Positions 8,933 through 18,484 of a stretch of 64,000 nt of DNA are shown one piece after another. The notes beneath the pieces are model-generated. The model had not been told where the DNA came from and ran no database searches. It saw nothing but the letters and a program-made list of their open reading frames with translations. The position numbers and the translations under genes are program-made. Every line of letters starts with the position of its first letter. The stretch's first letter is position 1. Source of the DNA: a virus (Duplodnaviria; Caudoviricetes); IMG/VR virus record IMGVR_UViG_3300032285_003957, positions 96,001 to 160,000 of that record; one strand, 5' to 3'.

Positions 8933-10852
8933 TTAGAAATTTTTTCCGTGTGAAGTTATTAATCCCGGAGGAACTATAATAGGTCCTGTTGGCCCTGGTA
9001 AAATTGTAAGATTGTTACCAGTTGATACATAACCAAATGAATCTTCGTGTTCTTGATGCCCATCAACCATTGCTGATACTAAAGCCTGTAAGTTAGTTGT
9101 TTGTTTATCAAATAGAGCACCTGTATTTACACCATGATTTTCAAGTTTACCAAATATTTGTGATTTCATAATATCTGTGCTTTTACCCGGTAAAAAGTTT
9201 GAAAAGCTAAGTAAAAATCCAGGAATACTTAAACCTGGTATTAGCGCACTACCTGCAATCAAAGCATCTATAGCTAAATTAATGGCATCAAACATACCTT
9301 TACAACTACCAAAATCAACATTATTTAATATACCTAATAATAAAGCAATTAAAGCGGCGATAATAACTAAGTATCTTTTTTGTTTATTCAATATAATTCT
9401 TCTAAGTAATTTTGCTAAAAATCTGTATAAATGTGGTTTTGATAAATCCCAAAAATGAACTCTAAATCTCCATAATAATTTTGTGATTATCGCGTTAAAC
9501 AATTTCCACATTTTTTTCATAACCACTTTAACATCTTCAACCACAGTTCCTAATGCACCATTAACGGCTTTGTAAACTATGATAATTGGTAAAAAATATT
9601 TAGGTGAAAGAACTGATTGTATTAATGCTTTTGGTAAATTTAATATTAAACTATTAATTAGGTTTATGTGAAAGCTTGCCATCGGAATACTGTCGCTACC
9701 TGATTGGTTGTGAGCATCTATAGCAGCATTTAAAATAGCATTATCTAGTTTTTTAGCTGTAGTTTGTCCTTGTAAATAAACAAAATTATCATAATGAGAT
9801 GGATTGATAGGGACTGTAAAATTATCACAATCTCTAAACCTTAAAACTTTATTTAATCTATCAGCTTCATCATCTAAATCAATACCCTCCACATCATCAA
9901 AATCAAAATAAAACTCAATGTCATCATCGGTTTCATTAAATTGTTGTTGTGGACTTTGTCCTAATCCCTTTTTATTGTCATCAGAATTACCACAATAGCC
10001 ACATAATTTAGCTAACAAACGATTTAATATGTTTGTGCTAATATCAAAAGCAAGTGGTTCTTTACCATCACCATGTAACGTCATATAAACTGCGGTGTTT
10101 AAAACGTTGTCAATGTTAACATGGTCTACCGCACCATAATACCCCAACATAAAGTCTTCTAACTTACCGGCGCCACCAGGATTAAAATCTGAAAATGTGA
10201 ATTTTTGTTCGTATTGGTCAAATCTTGCTTTGAACATGGTATCACCATTTTTACTCGATATATTAACGGTGTCACCTGTTATTGCGCTGTATAAGTCTCT
10301 ATTAACTGCACCCATTGACCCTTCAGGTTCATAAACAATTTTACCTGTTGTGCTTGTAGGGTCAACAGTCAAAGCATTTAAAAAATCAAACTCATAAGGA
10401 TGTAACGAACATTCAGTAAAATTTAATCCTTGGAATGTTTTGTCTGTTCCACATATGCCATCACCAACAAATAATGTTTGCATAACAGCATCCATTATTA
10501 TTTGTTTAGATTCATTTAAGGTTCTATTCATGGCAGCAATTGAGATTTGCTGAACCATTTGTTTTGATAAAAAAGGCTTGTTAGGGTCAGTGCTTGTAGG
10601 TCTTTCCTCACTAAAAAAACTTTCAACCACATGTATCAAATCTTTGAAAACATCATGGTGATTAGTATTTTTTTTCTTTTTCTTACTCGCTAAATCGGAA
10701 ATATTTTTACCGATATTTTCAGAAGACGGCACTTTTATAGATGAATCAATTGCATTATCAATTAATTTACCAAGAATATCGTCTGACCTGCTAAGTGATG
10801 ATATTTTTCCCGCAAGTCTATTTGCAGAATTTACGTTGTTTTGGAAACTCAT
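8933..10852 (-). CDS. Hypothetical (probably virion) protein with hydrophobic C-terminal segments
   Basis: 639 aa ORF in the operon with the spike gene. Confidence 0.55.
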   Translation of the reverse strand: MSFQNNVNSANRLAGKISSLSRSDDILGKLIDNAIDSSIKVPSSENIGKNISDLASKKKKKNTNHHDVFKDLIHVVESFFSEERPTSTDPNKPFLSKQMVQQISIAAMNRTLNESKQIIMDAVMQTLFVGDGICGTDKTFQGLNFTECSLHPYEFDFLNALTVDPTSTTGKIVYEPEGSMGAVNRDLYSAITGDTVNISSKNGDTMFKARFDQYEQKFTFSDFNPGGAGKLEDFMLGYYGAVDHVNIDNVLNTAVYMTLHGDGKEPLAFDISTNILNRLLAKLCGYCGNSDDNKKGLGQSPQQQFNETDDDIEFYFDFDDVEGIDLDDEADRLNKVLRFRDCDNFTVPINPSHYDNFVYLQGQTTAKKLDNAILNAAIDAHNQSGSDSIPMASFHINLINSLILNLPKALIQSVLSPKYFLPIIIVYKAVNGALGTVVEDVKVVMKKMWKLFNAIITKLLWRFRVHFWDLSKPHLYRFLAKLLRRIILNKQKRYLVIIAALIALLLGILNNVDFGSCKGMFDAINLAIDALIAGSALIPGLSIPGFLLSFSNFLPGKSTDIMKSQIFGKLENHGVNTGALFDKQTTNLQALVSAMVDGHQEHEDSFGYVSTGNNLTILPGPTGPIIVPPGLITSHGKNF

Positions 10853-11226
10853 AATTGATAGTTAGCTTCACCTTTATTATCATTATCATTAATCATTTTG
10901 TCTAATAAGGCTCTATCTTCATCGGATAATTCAAGTTTACCCATAGGCATACTTTTACCTCCACCGCCTGTTGTTTGCTTTAGTAATGCACCTTGCAATT
11001 TAACTAATGATATTTTCTTTTCTGTGCAATCGTTCAAAATCTTTTGTTGTTCCTTAATTACAGGACCAATTACACTCATATCTTCCGCATCTTTCATAAA
11101 ACTCATCATTTTACGCATGATTTGGGAAGCTGTGTTACGATTTTCTACAACGTCATTGTAAATTTCTTGCATTAAGGATAATGCAGAATCGACATCAAGA
11201 CTGATATTATTTCTTTGTCCTCTCAT
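10849..11226 (-). CDS. Hypothetical helical protein
   Basis: 125 aa; TATTTAT 5 nt upstream of ATG. Confidence 0.6.
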   Translation of the reverse strand: MRGQRNNISLDVDSALSLMQEIYNDVVENRNTASQIMRKMMSFMKDAEDMSVIGPVIKEQQKILNDCTEKKISLVKLQGALLKQTTGGGGKSMPMGKLELSDEDRALLDKMINDNDNKGEANYQL

Positions 11227-11242
11227 AGTATATAAATAGGTT

Positions 11243-11944
11243 TTATTCTAAAAACCCACCTAAAATCCCGTCATACATTTTTTTGTATCTTTTCAGTGAA
11301 ATACGGATTTCTTTTGTTGAGAGCGATGTCATTTCCCTGAGGGATAATAGAATTAGATTTTTGTTGAATTTATTGCCATCACCTACTTGGAAAATTTTGT
11401 CAAAATTGCTAAAAATCTCCAATAGGGCGTAACCCAATTTTTGTTCATTATCTGACATATCTTCCTTTTCGATGAATTCTTCTAAGGATATGGTTAACTT
11501 AATAATTACATCTCTATAATCAATAATATGTTCATCAATCACATATGTTAAGTCGGGCCTACCTTCTTCAATATCGGATGAAATGTCATCGTAAGATATT
11601 TGTCTATTTTGTTCTTTGGTGTCCTTTTGAATGGCACCCATTAAGTAGTTTTTACAAATAGTTCCAAAATATGAATACGCTTTGGTATTCTTAGTGTGGT
11701 CAAATTTGTTAATTTTGGTGATTAGAAAAGACATCGTATCATTATGTATTTCGTCAAATTCTAAATCTTTCCTATATAATTTATAACGTCGAATAATTGA
11801 TTCAACCATTATAATTAGGGGTTCACGTAAATATTCATTGAATATCTTATTTCTTTCTGCCTCATCACTACTTTCTAAGTAATTGACTACCGCCTTCTCT
11901 TGATCCTCCCCAAAATAAATTTTTTGGGTTCGTTTTCTCGGCAT
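11243..11944 (-). CDS. Phage RNA polymerase sigma factor (T4 gp55-like late sigma)
   Basis: Region-2-like KFDHTKNTKAYSYFGTICKNYLMGAIQK resembles gp55; possible HTH-like LREMTSLSTKEI at the C-terminus. Confidence 0.75.
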   Translation of the reverse strand: MPRKRTQKIYFGEDQEKAVVNYLESSDEAERNKIFNEYLREPLIIMVESIIRRYKLYRKDLEFDEIHNDTMSFLITKINKFDHTKNTKAYSYFGTICKNYLMGAIQKDTKEQNRQISYDDISSDIEEGRPDLTYVIDEHIIDYRDVIIKLTISLEEFIEKEDMSDNEQKLGYALLEIFSNFDKIFQVGDGNKFNKNLILLSLREMTSLSTKEIRISLKRYKKMYDGILGGFLE

Positions 11945-12735
11945 TAAGCTTCGGTATAATTTACATCGCGTTTATTTTTGAAGAAGAATTCTTTTTTAGC
12001 TGCGTCTAACCAAAACTTAACTTCTTTTTCATTCAATTTAAGTGTATCATCGTTTTTGTATAACCAAAATAACGAATCCTCTCTCATATTAAGGTGTGTA
12101 TAACCAATCTTAGGGATTGACATTATTTTAACATTGTTATTAGTTAATCTTAATAAGAATTCATAACTAAATGTCAATTTGATATTTTCTTTAAATTTAC
12201 CTTGCTCTTTAATAACGCTTGTTCTATAAATTCCGCCACTTGTTTGGTAGTTTTGGAAATCTAATAAAGCTTCATTATCTAAAAATCCTTGAACATCTGT
12301 AAATCCGTAAGCCCATACAGATTCATTAATATAACCGATAAATTTACCGTCTGTATTAACGTCTTTTACAATTGGTAAGAACACATCAACATCAGGATTT
12401 TCTTTTGAATAATCGTTAAATAATTTTAACCATTGTGAATTATATGTGTCATCAATTTCTAAAATTGAAAACCATTCAGTTTCACATGATTCAATACCAA
12501 TATTTAATTGATTACAAAAATCCGTTGGTTCGTTGTGAACTTTAAAATCAATGTTTAATGTTTGACTCAATGTCATTTTACTTACCTCATCTTTTACATT
12601 AGATGGACAAACGATTAAAAGATTTACATCGTTATGAAAGCTTTCAATAGAGCCAACTGCTTTTAACAATAACTCTTTATAAGTTTCATCAATTTTATGA
12701 ATAGGTAAAATAATTGTGATTAATTGTTGTTTCAT
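11944..12735 (-). CDS. Glycosyltransferase family 2 (GT-A)
   Basis: ITIILPIH, QLNIGIE, WFSILEIDD (DxD-like), YEFLLRL. Confidence 0.8.
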   Translation of the reverse strand: MKQQLITIILPIHKIDETYKELLLKAVGSIESFHNDVNLLIVCPSNVKDEVSKMTLSQTLNIDFKVHNEPTDFCNQLNIGIESCETEWFSILEIDDTYNSQWLKLFNDYSKENPDVDVFLPIVKDVNTDGKFIGYINESVWAYGFTDVQGFLDNEALLDFQNYQTSGGIYRTSVIKEQGKFKENIKLTFSYEFLLRLTNNNVKIMSIPKIGYTHLNMREDSLFWLYKNDDTLKLNEKEVKFWLDAAKKEFFFKNKRDVNYTEA

Positions 12736-13817
12736 ACAGTTTCTTCTTCTTTTTCTTCTTTTAAATTTTCTATCGCTTTATTGATAGCTTCAATTCGTTT
12801 ATTTTTTATCGATGTGAATAAGGAAATAATATTTTCTTCCGTTATTTTTGTTTCATAAGGTAATAACGTGTCTTTCATTTTTTGTTTAACGTCGTCAGTT
12901 AATTCAATACCTTCTAACCACGCTAAAACATAAGTTCCTAATGTTTCAGTAATTTTTGTTACGTCATAAGTCCACATACCATTTTCACCCATCCAATCAG
13001 GTTCGGTATTAGGAACTTTACCAATGACAGGAACATTACATTTCATTGATTCTAAAGGATATGTTCCAAATGTTGATTCATCATCAACCCAAACCGAAAC
13101 CATACATTCATTTAAATTTGTTGCAAAATCTTCATAACTTGTTTGAACCATGTCTCTAAAAGTAATCCAACGTAATTGTGGGTATTTCAAATAGAATTCT
13201 GAAATGATTCTTTTATTAACATTTCTATCTCTACAATTAATTGCAATCAATGGTTTTGTTTGTTTGTCAGTAGGCTTGAAATGGTCACCAATAATAGGTG
13301 GGATAATAAACACTAAAGACTCAGGGAAAATATCTAATATATATTTTTTAGCTGCTTCAGTTGTTGTAATAACTCTATCAAATCCATAATCACTCCATCT
13401 ACTTCCAATTGGTAACGTTTCAAAAATGTAATCTTTTTGTTGAACTAACATAATTTTTGAACATCTAATGTTCGCTAATTGTTGTAACGCGTTTGAATAG
13501 TGTTCAGGAACAACTAAAACATCATCAATTTTTAATTCAACTTTATCGTCTTTTATTGAAACAACTTCAAGGTCATCATAAGTGTTACCTAACCATCCGC
13601 TAACACCTGTGTAGCTGTTATTTTCTACAAGTATTTTAGCAATAAAGCCATTCTTTTTTAATGTTAAGGCTAAATCATAAATGTGCTTGATGGATGCTCT
13701 TGGGTTATTTTTGCTATCATATGTTAAGAAATAGACAATACTTTCATTTGTATTTAATCTTTCTAATGACGCTTTTAATTTTTCAATGTTTTCTTCTATT
13801 TTATTCATATTCTTCAA
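12732..13817 (-). CDS. Glycosyltransferase, GT-B fold
   Basis: DVLVVPEH, IMLVQQ, ESTFGTYPLESMKCNVPVIG resemble the GT4 EgFGlpplEAM motif. Confidence 0.7.
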   Translation of the reverse strand: MKNMNKIEENIEKLKASLERLNTNESIVYFLTYDSKNNPRASIKHIYDLALTLKKNGFIAKILVENNSYTGVSGWLGNTYDDLEVVSIKDDKVELKIDDVLVVPEHYSNALQQLANIRCSKIMLVQQKDYIFETLPIGSRWSDYGFDRVITTTEAAKKYILDIFPESLVFIIPPIIGDHFKPTDKQTKPLIAINCRDRNVNKRIISEFYLKYPQLRWITFRDMVQTSYEDFATNLNECMVSVWVDDESTFGTYPLESMKCNVPVIGKVPNTEPDWMGENGMWTYDVTKITETLGTYVLAWLEGIELTDDVKQKMKDTLLPYETKITEENIISLFTSIKNKRIEAINKAIENLKEEKEEETV

Positions 13818-14082
13818 TTAATATTTCATTTTTTATAAGTGTATTGAACGCCAAGTTAAATGCGATTGAGGTTTGTTTAGCGGCGAATGCTCCCATTTCA
13901 TTATCGACATCTTGTATTTCAGATAAGACAGTTTCTAAACACATTTTAATAACTTCATATTTAAAAATGTTCACTTCTAAAGTGTCTTGATCATCTTCGT
14001 CCTTTATTGTTTTTCCTGTTCTACATCTGTCTGTGATTCCGTCAAGGTCAATGTAGTAGTATTTTCCAAAGATTTCAACCAT
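13801..14082 (-). CDS. Hypothetical protein
   Basis: 93 aa, overlaps both neighbours. Confidence 0.55.
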   Translation of the reverse strand: MVEIFGKYYYIDLDGITDRCRTGKTIKDEDDQDTLEVNIFKYEVIKMCLETVLSEIQDVDNEMGAFAAKQTSIAFNLAFNTLIKNEILIEEYE

Positions 14083-14651
14083 GGTTCTTGTATTTCAGTT
14101 AATTTAGATATTTCTTTAGTATTTGTAAAGTATTGATTATAAATGTTATTAAATTTATACACGGTTTTATTTTCAGGACATGCGTTAATAATTTTTTCAT
14201 TGTCCGTAATCCAAACATCACAATTGTTCCAATTGGATTCAATATCGAATGAGTTGATAAATTTAATATTACTTCCTAAAAATCCATTTTTTGATAAAAA
14301 GAATAATGTTGCAGGCTTTGCTTTACCTAATTCATCTAAACCAACTAATGTAAAGTTGTGTTCGGGGTTTTGAAATATTATTTTATGTAAATCGGATATT
14401 GCTGTATTGTAACTTAAACCCGCGTGACCAAATATCTCTATTGGATATTCAATAAATAAAAAAAACTCAAACTCTTCCGTTGATTGGAATTTGTATGAGT
14501 TTAATAAATTATTATTATGTATTGGTTCTGTTATACCATATTCAAAATTGTTATCAAGAATTTCTGCATCAATATATGCGTCCTTGTAATGATAATCAAA
14601 TTTTTGAATTAAATTTCTTAAGACTCCGTCTATACTTACAAATATTTCCAT
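14004..14651 (-). CDS. HAD-superfamily 5'(3')-deoxyribonucleotidase-like protein with degenerate motif I
   Basis: IFVSIDGVLRN (motif I, first Asp replaced by Ser); DVWITD...KFNNIYN resembles NT5C-type motif IV. Confidence 0.6.
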   Translation of the reverse strand: MEIFVSIDGVLRNLIQKFDYHYKDAYIDAEILDNNFEYGITEPIHNNNLLNSYKFQSTEEFEFFLFIEYPIEIFGHAGLSYNTAISDLHKIIFQNPEHNFTLVGLDELGKAKPATLFFLSKNGFLGSNIKFINSFDIESNWNNCDVWITDNEKIINACPENKTVYKFNNIYNQYFTNTKEISKLTEIQEPWLKSLENTTTLTLTESQTDVEQEKQ

Positions 14652-14688
14652 AGATGTAATATAACACGATTTATGTCAGAAGTAAATG

Positions 14689-15420
14689 CTAATCGTATCT
14701 TTGTAAAATCTCTCCGATGATTGGATTTCTAACAATATCTTGGTTACCAAATTCAAACACACCAATACCTTTTACACCTTCTAATCTTTTCTTAGCGTCG
14801 AATAAACCTGACTTTGTTTTGTCTTTAAATTTGTCCGATTGTTCAAGGTCACCTGATAAGAAAAATTTAGAATTAAATCCGATACGAGTTAACAATAATT
14901 TAATCTGAGCAGGGGAAGCATTTTGAGCTTCTTCAAAAACTAAGATAGTATTGTCAACATTCCAACCTCTCATATAAGCAAGTGCCGCAACTTCAATATA
15001 ACCTTGATCTTTTAAAGTTTCGCGAGCTTCTTTACCTATAATCTTATTTAAAAGATAATATGATGGATAAATGTATGGGTCTAACTTTTCTTCCAAACCA
15101 CCAGGTAATGAGCCAAGTTTTTCTTCAGCTTCTACAGCGGGTCTAACAATAATAATCTTCTCATACTTGTTAGAATCGTCGTATAATAAGTCTACAGCAC
15201 GTTTCATTGCTATATAAGACTTACCTACACCCGCAGGTCCAAAACATAAGGTAATTTGATTTTCACCAAGAATGTTCCAATAGGTTTCTTGGTTTTTGGT
15301 TAGGAATTTTTCTTTAGGACGTTTAATTATTTGTCTAATCCTATCTTTATGTGATATTTTCTTTTCTTCGGTGATGGTGATGGTTGGTTCTACTTTCTTT
15401 GTTTTTGTTCTTAAGGCCAA
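14689..15420 (-). CDS. phoH: PhoH-family ATPase
   Basis: GPAGVGKS, IVRPAVE, LGSLPG, LAYMRG, EEAQN, GDLEQSD, IVRNPII. Confidence 0.95.
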   Translation of the reverse strand: MALRTKTKKVEPTITITEEKKISHKDRIRQIIKRPKEKFLTKNQETYWNILGENQITLCFGPAGVGKSYIAMKRAVDLLYDDSNKYEKIIIVRPAVEAEEKLGSLPGGLEEKLDPYIYPSYYLLNKIIGKEARETLKDQGYIEVAALAYMRGWNVDNTILVFEEAQNASPAQIKLLLTRIGFNSKFFLSGDLEQSDKFKDKTKSGLFDAKKRLEGVKGIGVFEFGNQDIVRNPIIGEILQRYD

Positions 15421-15464
15421 AATTTTAAGTTTTAAAATTGAACTTTATTCCTTATAAATATGTG

Positions 15465-16106
15465 CTATTTCCCTGTTGAACCAAATCCACCTGACCCTCT
15501 TTCGGTATCGGATAATTCGGGAACTTCGGTCATATATATTTTTGGATAAGGCATGATTATGATTTGTGCGCCTCTGTCACCGACATTGTATTTAATACTA
15601 TCCAACCCATTGGTTTTTTTAAATGTTGCTTGTATTTCTCCTCTATACCCGCTATCAATAACCCCAACGCAATTTGATAAAATCAATTCTTGGTTTCTAA
15701 CTGATGAGCGAGGGAACACAAAACCTACGAAATTTTTAGGTATTTCCATTGAAATACCAAAACCATAGGTTACACTAAATGATGTGTTTTCAATAATGCT
15801 TGTAATAGTTAAATCCATTCCTGCATCACCAACTTTAGAATAAGATGGGATTACCGCATTAGGACTTATTTTTTTTACTTTAATAAGAAATCCATCATTA
15901 AAAACGTTAAGGTCATTATATGATGTTTGTTGTGGTTGTGATGTAGCTATATTTTGTGGCTGCGCATTACCCATTTTCTCGTTAACCAAAGCCATGATGT
16001 CATCAATCTCTTTTAAGAAATTTTGGTCAACTTCGACATCATTATTAATATCCTGTTCAATTTGTTTTAACTTTTCAACGTAAGCTAAAATATCTTTACT
16101 ATCCAT
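15465..16106 (-). CDS. dut: Trimeric dUTPase with ~70 aa N-terminal extension
   Basis: DAGMDL, PRSS, GVIDSGYRGEI, AQII, RGSGGFGSTG. Confidence 0.95.
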   Translation of the reverse strand: MDSKDILAYVEKLKQIEQDINNDVEVDQNFLKEIDDIMALVNEKMGNAQPQNIATSQPQQTSYNDLNVFNDGFLIKVKKISPNAVIPSYSKVGDAGMDLTITSIIENTSFSVTYGFGISMEIPKNFVGFVFPRSSVRNQELILSNCVGVIDSGYRGEIQATFKKTNGLDSIKYNVGDRGAQIIIMPYPKIYMTEVPELSDTERGSGGFGSTGK

Positions 16107-16320
16107 TTGTTTTCTTTTTTTCTTCTATCCATTTATCCAACGACTTAATTCTTTTTTTAAGGTCGTCATCTTGCGGTCTTAAAACGCATTCGACAAATAA
16201 ATCCGTAATTCTTTGTAATTCTTCTACTGAAATAATAATACCAACTGACGTAACATAATCAAGAGCTAACTTGCTTTGAGATTGGCGCATTATTTGAATG
16301 TCTCGACTATAAAATTCCAT
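16099..16320 (-). CDS. Hypothetical protein
   Basis: 73 aa ORF coupled to dut. Confidence 0.55.
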   Translation of the reverse strand: MEFYSRDIQIMRQSQSKLALDYVTSVGIIISVEELQRITDLFVECVLRPQDDDLKKRIKSLDKWIEEKKKTNG

Positions 16321-16340
16321 CAGTTGGTATATACCAATAA

Positions 16341-16577
16341 TTACTTAGACTTATAATATTCGGGTGTATTTTTTTGGTCAATGACACACTCGATAGCCAT
16401 TTTAACAACACTTAAACTTTCGCTACCTCTAATATCACCTTCGCGATATTTTGCGGCCACAATTGTCGCTTCTTCTACTGATTCGGCTTGAATCACGTAT
16501 TTTACTTTTTTGATACGTGGGTTACCTTCTTTGTCCATTTGTTCGGTTTCATAACCGATTGTAACTTGATAATACAT
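16341..16577 (-). CDS. DUF4494-like small protein
   Basis: MYYQVTIGYE...GNPRIKKVKYVIQAESVEEA resembles the Bacteroidota DUF4494 pattern. Confidence 0.55.
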   Translation of the reverse strand: MYYQVTIGYETEQMDKEGNPRIKKVKYVIQAESVEEATIVAAKYREGDIRGSESLSVVKMAIECVIDQKNTPEYYKSK

Positions 16578-16580
16578 AAT

Positions 16581-17810
16581 TTACTTGTTTATAATTGATT
16601 TAAAAAATTCTACTCTATCTTGACAAACTTTTTTTAATGAGTATTTGTCTTTAACCGTCTCATATAATCTCATACCTAAATCCTCAATCATATTAGGGTT
16701 TTCAATTAAACGTTTCATATGTTTTCCCCAATCTTTGTGGTTTCGTTTTGGGTTAACAAATAATGCGTTTCCTTTATCATTGAATTTACCTTCGTCAACA
16801 GCTGAAATTAAATCTAACGTATATGGTTTTGTTTCACTTGCAATAATAGCTTTTTTATGAAAGCCCGCCTCAATAATTTTTAATTGAGATTTATTTGCAT
16901 TAAACTCACTTTCAACAATAGGAGCTAAAGATACATCAAATAAATTGTAATTAAATGCGTATTTTGTAATTTCTTGTGTCCATACTCTTCTATATGGTTT
17001 ATCAATATCGTTGTATGGAATTTGTATGAAGTCTGTAAGATAATTTTTATAATCTTCGTCTAAAACTTTATAGTTATCGGTAAAAATTTTTTCATATTTA
17101 TACCAAACAGTTTCCATTGGTTCAATTGGTCTTTGTTTTTGTTGACCAGTGTTTCTATCGATTTCATGAACAGTTCCTCTTAAATCAAATCCACATAAAA
17201 CAAATTGAACTTTATCTTTGAAGCTGTTATGTGTTGTTGAAATTCCTTGTTCTAATAATTCGATATCATATAAATGTGATGAACCACCTAACCACCCAAA
17301 TCTAACTTTATCCGATTTTGTTGGTTGAGATTTAAATTGTTCTTCATCTTCGTTTACCGCATTTGGAAAAACTAAGATATTCTCTATTTTTAATTTTTGT
17401 TTAATCGTATCTGCAAATATTGGTGTAGTCGTTGTAACATAATCAGCCAATTTTAACATTTCAATTTTCTTCTCGCCGACTTTGTTATGTTTAATATGTT
17501 GATACATTGGATGTCTATGGTCAACAAACCATAAATCGTCAATATCCATAACAACTTTAATACCATTTTCTTTTAACCACTTTATTCTATTGATGTTATC
17601 TTCATGTGTGGTTATATGGATAAAACTATGTAAAACAACGATATCGTAATTTCTAAAAAATTCATCGTCATTTGGATCAACCTTAGTTGCTAAATCAACA
17701 TGTATTTCGTCTTGATGATTTTCACCTATAAACGTGTATGGGTCAGACATTCTAAATTTACCCACGCCGTGCTTGTCAGATGGTATTGCTAATATTCTAA
17801 TTTTTGACAT
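16581..17810 (-). CDS. Glycosyltransferase, GT-B (GT4-like); probable start MSKIRIL
   Basis: GVGKFRM, VMDIDDLW, VFPNAVN, FGWLGGSSHLYDI, DVSLAPI..SEFNANKSQLKIIEAG. Confidence 0.8.
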   Translation of the reverse strand: MSKIRILAIPSDKHGVGKFRMSDPYTFIGENHQDEIHVDLATKVDPNDDEFFRNYDIVVLHSFIHITTHEDNINRIKWLKENGIKVVMDIDDLWFVDHRHPMYQHIKHNKVGEKKIEMLKLADYVTTTTPIFADTIKQKLKIENILVFPNAVNEDEEQFKSQPTKSDKVRFGWLGGSSHLYDIELLEQGISTTHNSFKDKVQFVLCGFDLRGTVHEIDRNTGQQKQRPIEPMETVWYKYEKIFTDNYKVLDEDYKNYLTDFIQIPYNDIDKPYRRVWTQEITKYAFNYNLFDVSLAPIVESEFNANKSQLKIIEAGFHKKAIIASETKPYTLDLISAVDEGKFNDKGNALFVNPKRNHKDWGKHMKRLIENPNMIEDLGMRLYETVKDKYSLKKVCQDRVEFFKSIINK

Positions 17811-17863
17811 TAATAATTCATTATATGATAAAATATAACGAATTAAAATCAAAAAACAAAATG

Positions 17864-18454
17864 TTACTTAGATTTATTTACCCCTGTGATTTTACCTTTG
17901 AATATTGAATCACCAACTTTTAATACAAGGTTTTCGCTAATTGTTTGTGTTTGTTGTGCAGTAAGGATTTGATTTAATTTCTCATCCATAACTTTGCGAA
18001 CTGTATTTTCAATAAGGGTTGCAATTGCATTCATATCTATATTAGATGTAACCGGTGCTTGCTGTCTTTGTAATGGTTGTCCTTTTTTAACTTGAACACC
18101 TTCTTGCTCCATTAATCTTTTAGCACCTTTAACAAAATCCATATCTAATGTTTCGTTTAAAGAGATTGACGGCATTTGTTCAATGGGATGCTCAATCATT
18201 GCTTTTTTAATTGCTTCAGGTAATTTAGAATTTTGTATTCTATCAACATTTACAGGACCACTTACAGGTCGAGTCAAAGATGATTGTGGCGCTTGTTGCA
18301 TTCCCATAGCTTCGCTTGGGTCAGATAATAACATTGACTCATTTACTTGACCTCTTTGATAGTTACCACCATCCACTTTATTCATTACTTTTTTAGCATT
18401 TACTAATTTACGCATTAAATCGTTTTCTGATATTGTTCCTTGACCTTGTGACAT
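17864..18454 (-). CDS. Hypothetical protein
   Basis: 196 aa ORF with Q/P-rich linkers. Confidence 0.6.
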   Translation of the reverse strand: MSQGQGTISENDLMRKLVNAKKVMNKVDGGNYQRGQVNESMLLSDPSEAMGMQQAPQSSLTRPVSGPVNVDRIQNSKLPEAIKKAMIEHPIEQMPSISLNETLDMDFVKGAKRLMEQEGVQVKKGQPLQRQQAPVTSNIDMNAIATLIENTVRKVMDEKLNQILTAQQTQTISENLVLKVGDSIFKGKITGVNKSK

Positions 18455-18484
18455 ATTATGTGTTTTCTATAATAATAATGTTTT

